Assembly: GCA_977020255.1 (NCBI GenBank)
Contig: CDROCS010004434.1
Location: 62,001-126,000, forward strand
Reading direction: 5' to 3'
Length of the DNA: 64,000 bases
From: Obrimoposthia wandeli
Taxonomy: Eukaryota
The notes below the pieces were generated by a model that saw only the letters and a list, made by a program, of their open reading frames with translations, had not been told where the DNA came from and searched no databases. Below are positions 58,529 to 64,000 of this stretch, one piece after another. The translations under genes were made by a program, and so were the position numbers. Positions within the stretch are counted from its first letter, which is position 1, and each line of letters begins with the position of its first letter.

Positions 58529-58855
58529 TGAACTAAATAAACTGATTATTAAATGCCAAAGTGCATTTCACTTACCCTAAAATATTTCCCTAATTAAGGA
58601 AATTTCTCTCGTTATTTCTTAATTAAGAAATAATTTAAATTTTTAAATTGTATTTTTATTTTTTAAAATTGTAATCCTAACAATCCTCCGGCTAATAAAA
58701 GTTCTGGCCTCAGAATTCAAATTTCCAGTAAAACACAAATAAAAATCAATTTTTCACAATTAAATTACTTAAAAATTGATAAAACTTTTAAACATTGAAA
58801 ATATTCTTGATAAAAATAGTAATACTTATTAATGAAGCAATAATAATACCTTAGT

Positions 58856-60013
58856 TTATACGTTGTCTACAATAAAACATTCATCGGAGTCGGAGTCGGA
58901 GTCTGTTATCTCACTTGGGATACTCAACAAATCGTTTAGACGAAATTCCTCCACCAGTCTATCTCTACGTTTTTCAAAAACTCGCTTGATATTCTTGGTA
59001 TCCTCTAAACATGTGTGAATCTTCTTCTGTGTTTCTTCTCCAAAATATTTTGATATCATTGTCTTTAATCCTATTTTTGGATGGTTATGGCCAAGTTCTG
59101 TTCTTATTTCAGTTGATGCACCCAGGTCCACGATTCTAGCAAAATGTTGTTTTTCTAGTCTTAATACTTTCAAATCATTTTCTAATCCTGCACCTATCAA
59201 AACATTTCCTACTAATATTGATTGTGCTTTTTCAATGACTTCCTCTGCATCAGTTTTTCCTGTCAAAGATTTTTCGGTGAAACCAGTTATAAACTTAACA
59301 TAATTTCGTATTCTTTCTCTTGGCGTTACTATTTCATGTAATACAATCTGATCTTTTTCATCTATGATTGTAATGCTAGCCAATGTTTGTTTTTTGTCTA
59401 CCGTGATGGCCATTTCGCAATCCATGAAATATTTAATTGGAGTTTTTGATATATTTGCATTTTCTAAAAACATTATTTTATTCGTTTTCCAGATTAACTC
59501 TATAAAAAATGTATTTCTTCTGGGACTAAATTTTAGGAGATATTCGCTTCTTAATTCTTTTTTATCAATGGTATAAGAATGATTTTGTAAAAACATGTTA
59601 CTTAATTTCTTTTCTTGTTTACTCATTAAATGGGCTCTTCCTTCTGCCACATGAATTTCTATTTCTTCTACGTCTTGTAAATCTCCTACTAATTCTGATA
59701 AATTTATTCTTACATTTTTGGTGTGGTGCATAGTAAAAATTACACTTTTTCTGCTAGTCTTTGTAATTTTTAATTTATTAGGAATATGCGTTTGGTCTTG
59801 GAATATCTGTTTTCCTTCTCCATTTTTAAAATATCTATTGCTATACTGTCTTAATCTTCTATATAGGAATTTCGCAAAAATGTTCATTGTTGGAGTGCAT
59901 AATGGTTCTTCCTCTAAACTATTGGTAAGGTCTACGACTGATGGTGAAAAATCGTCCAAACAACTTTCCCCTACAACTCGGATCCATTTCCGTTTGTTTG
60001 TTGAGAACTCCAT
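58856..60013 (-). CDS. DEDDh 3'-5' exonuclease (REX4/ISG20-like) with unknown N-terminal domain
   Basis: ExoI FMDCEM, ITGFT, ExoII IGAGLENDLKVL and ExoIII HTCLEDT. Intact 385-aa ORF. Confidence 0.85.
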   Translation of the reverse strand: MEFSTNKRKWIRVVGESCLDDFSPSVVDLTNSLEEEPLCTPTMNIFAKFLYRRLRQYSNRYFKNGEGKQIFQDQTHIPNKLKITKTSRKSVIFTMHHTKNVRINLSELVGDLQDVEEIEIHVAEGRAHLMSKQEKKLSNMFLQNHSYTIDKKELRSEYLLKFSPRRNTFFIELIWKTNKIMFLENANISKTPIKYFMDCEMAITVDKKQTLASITIIDEKDQIVLHEIVTPRERIRNYVKFITGFTEKSLTGKTDAEEVIEKAQSILVGNVLIGAGLENDLKVLRLEKQHFARIVDLGASTEIRTELGHNHPKIGLKTMISKYFGEETQKKIHTCLEDTKNIKRVFEKRRDRLVEEFRLNDLLSIPSEITDSDSDSDECFIVDNV

Positions 60014-60179
60014 CTGTTACATAATTCAGTCGGAGTAAAAATAGAATAATGAAAAAATAAATAATAAAGAAAAATTTTCATGCAATTGTAGAATATGTAG
60101 TCCTAATTTTTGTACAACAGATTTATTATATATTGATCAAGTTATCATTCTGGCCAAATTAGCCCAATTCGGATTCATT

Positions 60180-60524
60180 TCAGGAATCATGTCCATAAAT
60201 AAAGTTTCGATTCCTGTTGGGAATAATGAGTCTGTCCATTAAATGTTGGGTCTGTGACTGCAGAGCTAAAATTACTCTCCGTTGAGAACTGATTCTATGA
60301 TAAAGATCATCAATTTTATGTGAATCAGATTTGATTATTTGTTCAAATTCATTCATTTCGATATTTTTACTGAGATTTTCTTCCACCAATCTTTTAATAT
60401 TCGATTTCAGTTTGTCATTTTGTTTTATCGTTTTTATAAAATAATCATCATGATGTTGTTTAATGTCTTGGATTTTTCTTTTTAATTTATGGCATTGACT
60501 GCAGACTTGAAATTTTTTGTTCAT
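60180..60524 (-). CDS. Small coiled-coil accessory protein with N-terminal CxxC
   Basis: CSQC followed by heptad-like L/I periodicity. Acceptor-like TAATTTAG lies 2 nt before the ATG. Confidence 0.5.
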   Translation of the reverse strand: MNKKFQVCSQCHKLKRKIQDIKQHHDDYFIKTIKQNDKLKSNIKRLVEENLSKNIEMNEFEQIIKSDSHKIDDLYHRISSQRRVILALQSQTQHLMDRLIIPNRNRNFIYGHDS

Positions 60525-60695
60525 TTCTAAATTATAGTTAATATATATTGTCGGGTCTTTATCCCGATATTTGGTTTTTTCTAAATTAAGTTTTTTACAC
60601 TTTTACAAATATCTATACACACATACATACTCATCCTCATCTAATATTTATTTGAATATTCTGTTTTAATTAACTCATAAAAATAATATATCTGT

Positions 60696-62228
60696 TTATT
60701 GTCTATTGATTTCGACAACTGTATTCATTGATACGTTTGATGAATTTAAAGAACTTGGTATTATTGATGTTATAAATGGTCCTGGAGGTTTATAAAATCT
60801 AATTTGACGAGTTGGCTTTGAATTTTTCTGATGTTTTCTCATTTTTATTTTCCATAATATTTTTATGGCAAGTATCAATATTTCAATTATTACTGTTGCC
60901 ATTATGATTTCTATTTCCCTTTTATGGTGTGAGTATTTTTGTTTATTATTATACATTTTATAGCTTGAATTTGTGGATTTGTACGATATAATTTTTGTTG
61001 TTTTTAAAATAAATTTAATTTTTTTAATTTTTATGGTTCCAATCTGACCTGTAGTTTTATAAGCTTCTGTTGTGAATTTTTTTATATGTAATATCTGTTT
61101 TGTACTTATTTCTTTGGTATATTTGTCAACTTTAATTACTGACCAATGACCACAATAAATTGTAGGTTGATATAATTTGGATATCTTATTTCCTAAAATT
61201 GTTAACTTTGTTAGGTTTTTAATAGTTTCAAACTGTTGCCCCCATTGTCTATACATTAATGGTTTGTTAGTGACTACGCATTCTCTATTATTCATGATTA
61301 ATTTGTTCGGATATCTAATATTTTTTATGGTTAAATTTGTTTTAGTTTGGGCTCTTTCCAATTGTTTTTCTGTATCTTTCCAAAAATGTGAATTTGGTCC
61401 TCTATATCTAATTCTTATGACTGCCTTATCCAAATCATCTATTTCAAGTTGAATTTTCCATTTTATCATGATACTGTATTTGGTTATATGTTTTGCCATT
61501 GTCTTCAAGACTGATGCCAAGTACATATGAGTTTCTATAATTCTTTCATAAAGTATTTAATTTGTTAAATTTGATGTAACTCTTATTTGGTATTGTGTTT
61601 CTGTTCTTAAAAATGGTATTGTGTATTTTTGTGATTTTATTCCGGAAATAATTATGTTTTGCCTTCTGTCTGTTTGTGTGATTTGTATATTTCCTGTTTT
61701 GTTTGTAAAAAGTGAAATTTTTAATTTTATTGATGTGATTTTAGGTATTATTGTAATTAAACCGAAATATTTTATTAGATGTGTTGTTGAGTCGTATTTA
61801 TTTACTAATTTATTATCATTTATGTCTGTTGTACTTACTTTATGTAAATTGTTATTTGTTATATAATATATTATAAGTAATATCATTATTTTTATGATTT
61901 CTTTTATCGATATTTTTATTGTATTTTTTATCTGATGATTTTTATTAATCTTATTTTGTTTCTGTGAGTTTTTTATTGTTAACATTTGTAAAACAGTATT
62001 ATCGTTAGTTGATCTCAGATTATATCTATGACTTTTTACTTTTGTATTTTCCTCAGGTACTTGACGACATCTATTTATATGTGCTCTTATTTCTTTTGAT
62101 CTAGGGTCATTGTCAAGTTTAGCGGTTATGTTAGTTCCGTTGGTACTAATGACTGTGTATGGTCCTTTGTATGGTTTTGATAGTTTGTGTGACAGACCTA
62201 CGCTGATTTGTGGATTGTGAATCATCAC
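60696..62228 (-). CDS. Integrase C-terminal tail extended into an env-like accessory region; one in-frame TAA at 61557-61559
   Basis: ORFs 61557..62228 and 60696..61526 share a frame, linked by ILYERIIETH. Hydrophobic segments IIKIMILLIIYYI and IIMATVIIEILILAIKILW. Confidence 0.6.
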
Positions 62229-63420
62229 TTTACTTCCATTTTTATGTTTGATGGTTTAGTTCTTCTATCATAGTATTCTTTGTAGTTTTCTTGTATGTTT
62301 TTTACAAATAATTTGGCTTTTTCAAAAGCTAGTTTTATTCTCTCTCTAATTTCTATTTTGTATTCTGGTATTTCTAAGTATTGAGTGGTGGGTTGTAATA
62401 ATGTTAAATCAATAGGCATCTGTGGGTCTCTGAGGAACATAAGGTAAAAAGGTGTTTCTCCTGTTGATGCATGTACTGATGTTCTATATGCAAAAAGGCA
62501 TGGAGGTATGTGTAAATCCCAATCTGTTTGGTTGTTGTTAGTGTATGATGCCATCATATCTTCGAGGGTTCTATTAAATCGTTCCACTAATCCATCAGTT
62601 TGAGGGTGATATGGTGTTGTGTTAATCTTTTTTATATGAAATATTTCAGCTATAGATGCTACCACATTATTTATGAATTCAGGACCTTTGTCAGTTAAAA
62701 ACTTTCGGGGTGCACCGAAAGTAAAAATTATTTTTTCGACTAAAACCTTCGCGATGGTTTCAGCCTTGTGATCTTGTGTTGGGAAAGCCTCTGGTGTTTT
62801 TGTAAAATAGTCGGAAAATACTATTATGTAGCGATTTCCTCGGGGTGTTTCAGGTAATGGTCCCATTACATCCATGGAAACGATTTCCATGGGGGCTGAT
62901 GGATAAGGTATTGGTTTTAAAGGAACTTTAGTGGTACGTAACGTGTTTTTTCATTTAAGGCATATTTTGCATGTTTTGCACCAATTTTTTACATCTTCTT
63001 TCATGTCGATCCAATAATATTTTAAGTTTAACCTTGAAAATGTCTTTTTTGATGATAAATGTCCACCTAGTGCTCCATTATGATATTGAAGGAGTAGTTG
63101 ACATTGTATGTCTTTCGGGATTACTAGTGAGTATAAATTTTTATCGTTTAAATAATATAATATTTCATTACTATATTTATATCGTGTTTCGTGAATTTTT
63201 AAGTGTTTCCTTAATTTTTCATCTGTTGGAATTTCGTCTATGCTGATGTATTTAGCTACCTGTTGGATTTCAGTATCTTTACTTTGAAGTTCTGTAATTA
63301 CTTTTTCGTCGTATCTAGCTTTTATTATTGTAAAAAGATTAGATGCTGAATCGTCAGTATTTAACATATTTATATCATCTCTTATTCTAGATAAGCAATC
63401 TGCATTTGCATTCGATTTTC
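62225..63420 (-). pseudogene. Integrase zinc finger and DDE core of element 2, frameshifted
   Basis: ORFs 62951..63367 and 62225..62890 carry the HHCC and D-D-E motifs. Confidence 0.92.
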
Positions 63421-64000
63421 AGTAGGTGGATGTGTCCGGTCTAATCCACACCCCCTCCCCCCTTGTCCTTTAAAACCGTGTAGGTGTGTGGAGTGAAATT
63501 TCGTGCATGTGTGTGGAGTGAAATTTCGTGTAGGTGTGTAGAAAAATTTTCTAACCCCCCCCATCCTAAACACTCAAAAAAAGAAAAAAAAAGAAAAAAA
63601 ATTAACTCCATTTAACACCCTGTAAATTTAAAAATCTCATAATGCTCCCAAAATTTTGATTAAGGTCCTGAGAGGCCAAAAAATTGGCAAAAGCGTGCCC
63701 TACGGGCCTGCGGTGGATCAACGAGTAATAAATACAGGCTCGCGAAAAAATTTTCCTTATAAAAATTTATATCCATACATATATACAAGGTCATAAAAAA
63801 ATATTTTTTTATAAGAATTTATAAGAAAGATACATATATAGGGTCACAAAAAATTTTTAAATAATCAACTACATAAATTCGAAATAATTTGCATTTTTAT
63901 TTGATGAGTCATCAAATTAGTCATCATGACCTTAAGTGATCTTGACCTCATGATGACCTAGACAACTGTGTACCCTTGACCTCATGATGACCTTAAATGA
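63421..64000. repeat. Terminus of an unidentified repeat that abuts the truncated element 2
   Basis: Abrupt junction within the Gly codon before KSNANADCLSR. Begins AGTAGG, has a duplicated GTGTGGAGTGAAATTTCGTG and repeated TGACC/GGTCA motifs. Confidence 0.45.

Larger units (their letters stand above)
58856..63420 (-). mobile_element. Second cargo-bearing Gypsy element (element 2), truncated within RNase H at 63420; no LTR identified
   Basis: KSNANADCLSR, HHCC finger, TKVPLKPIP..APMEIVSMDVMGP, LTDKGPEF, DGLVERFN and PYKGPY closely parallel element 1. Accessory ORFs lie downstream. Confidence 0.88.

Overview
This is AT-rich animal genomic DNA with spliceosomal introns, not prokaryotic. A flatworm-like host is a guess only. 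Host genes are the 3' five exons of the ciliary gene CFAP91/MAATS1 (24508-32187, +), a complete two-exon eIF3d (51920-53709, +) and a decayed Rpn8/PSMD7 copy. Most other recognisable sequence is transposon-derived. The main finding is two related large Ty3/Gypsy LTR retroelements carrying virus-style host-manipulation cargo. Element 1 (1-14681, +, 5' end outside the window) has a decayed Pol with an IAP (BIR, BIR-like, RING) between two aspartic proteases. Integrase is followed, in frame after one TGA, by an intact 1713-aa ORF (three beta-rich repeats, an intact-motif DUSP, a pseudo-DUSP, serial signal-peptide/TM segments). Three RING-H2 genes and a 2.27-kb LTR follow; the LTR holds a CCAAT tandem array and 12 covarying hairpins. 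Element 2 (58856-63420, -) carries a DEDDh (REX4/ISG20-like) exonuclease with a SUMO-interaction-like motif. All five small cargo ORFs have a splice-acceptor-like AG 0-2 nt before the ATG. Also present: two solo LTRs with TSDs, a Buster-type hAT, piggyBac, R2-like and other Gypsy relics, a three-LTR Gypsy with AGTTA..TAACT ends, and a type I hammerhead ribozyme. All calls are by eye with no database search. From memory, giant accessory-domain Gypsy elements ('Burro'), reportedly including IAP cargo, are described in planarians, so novelty must be checked.
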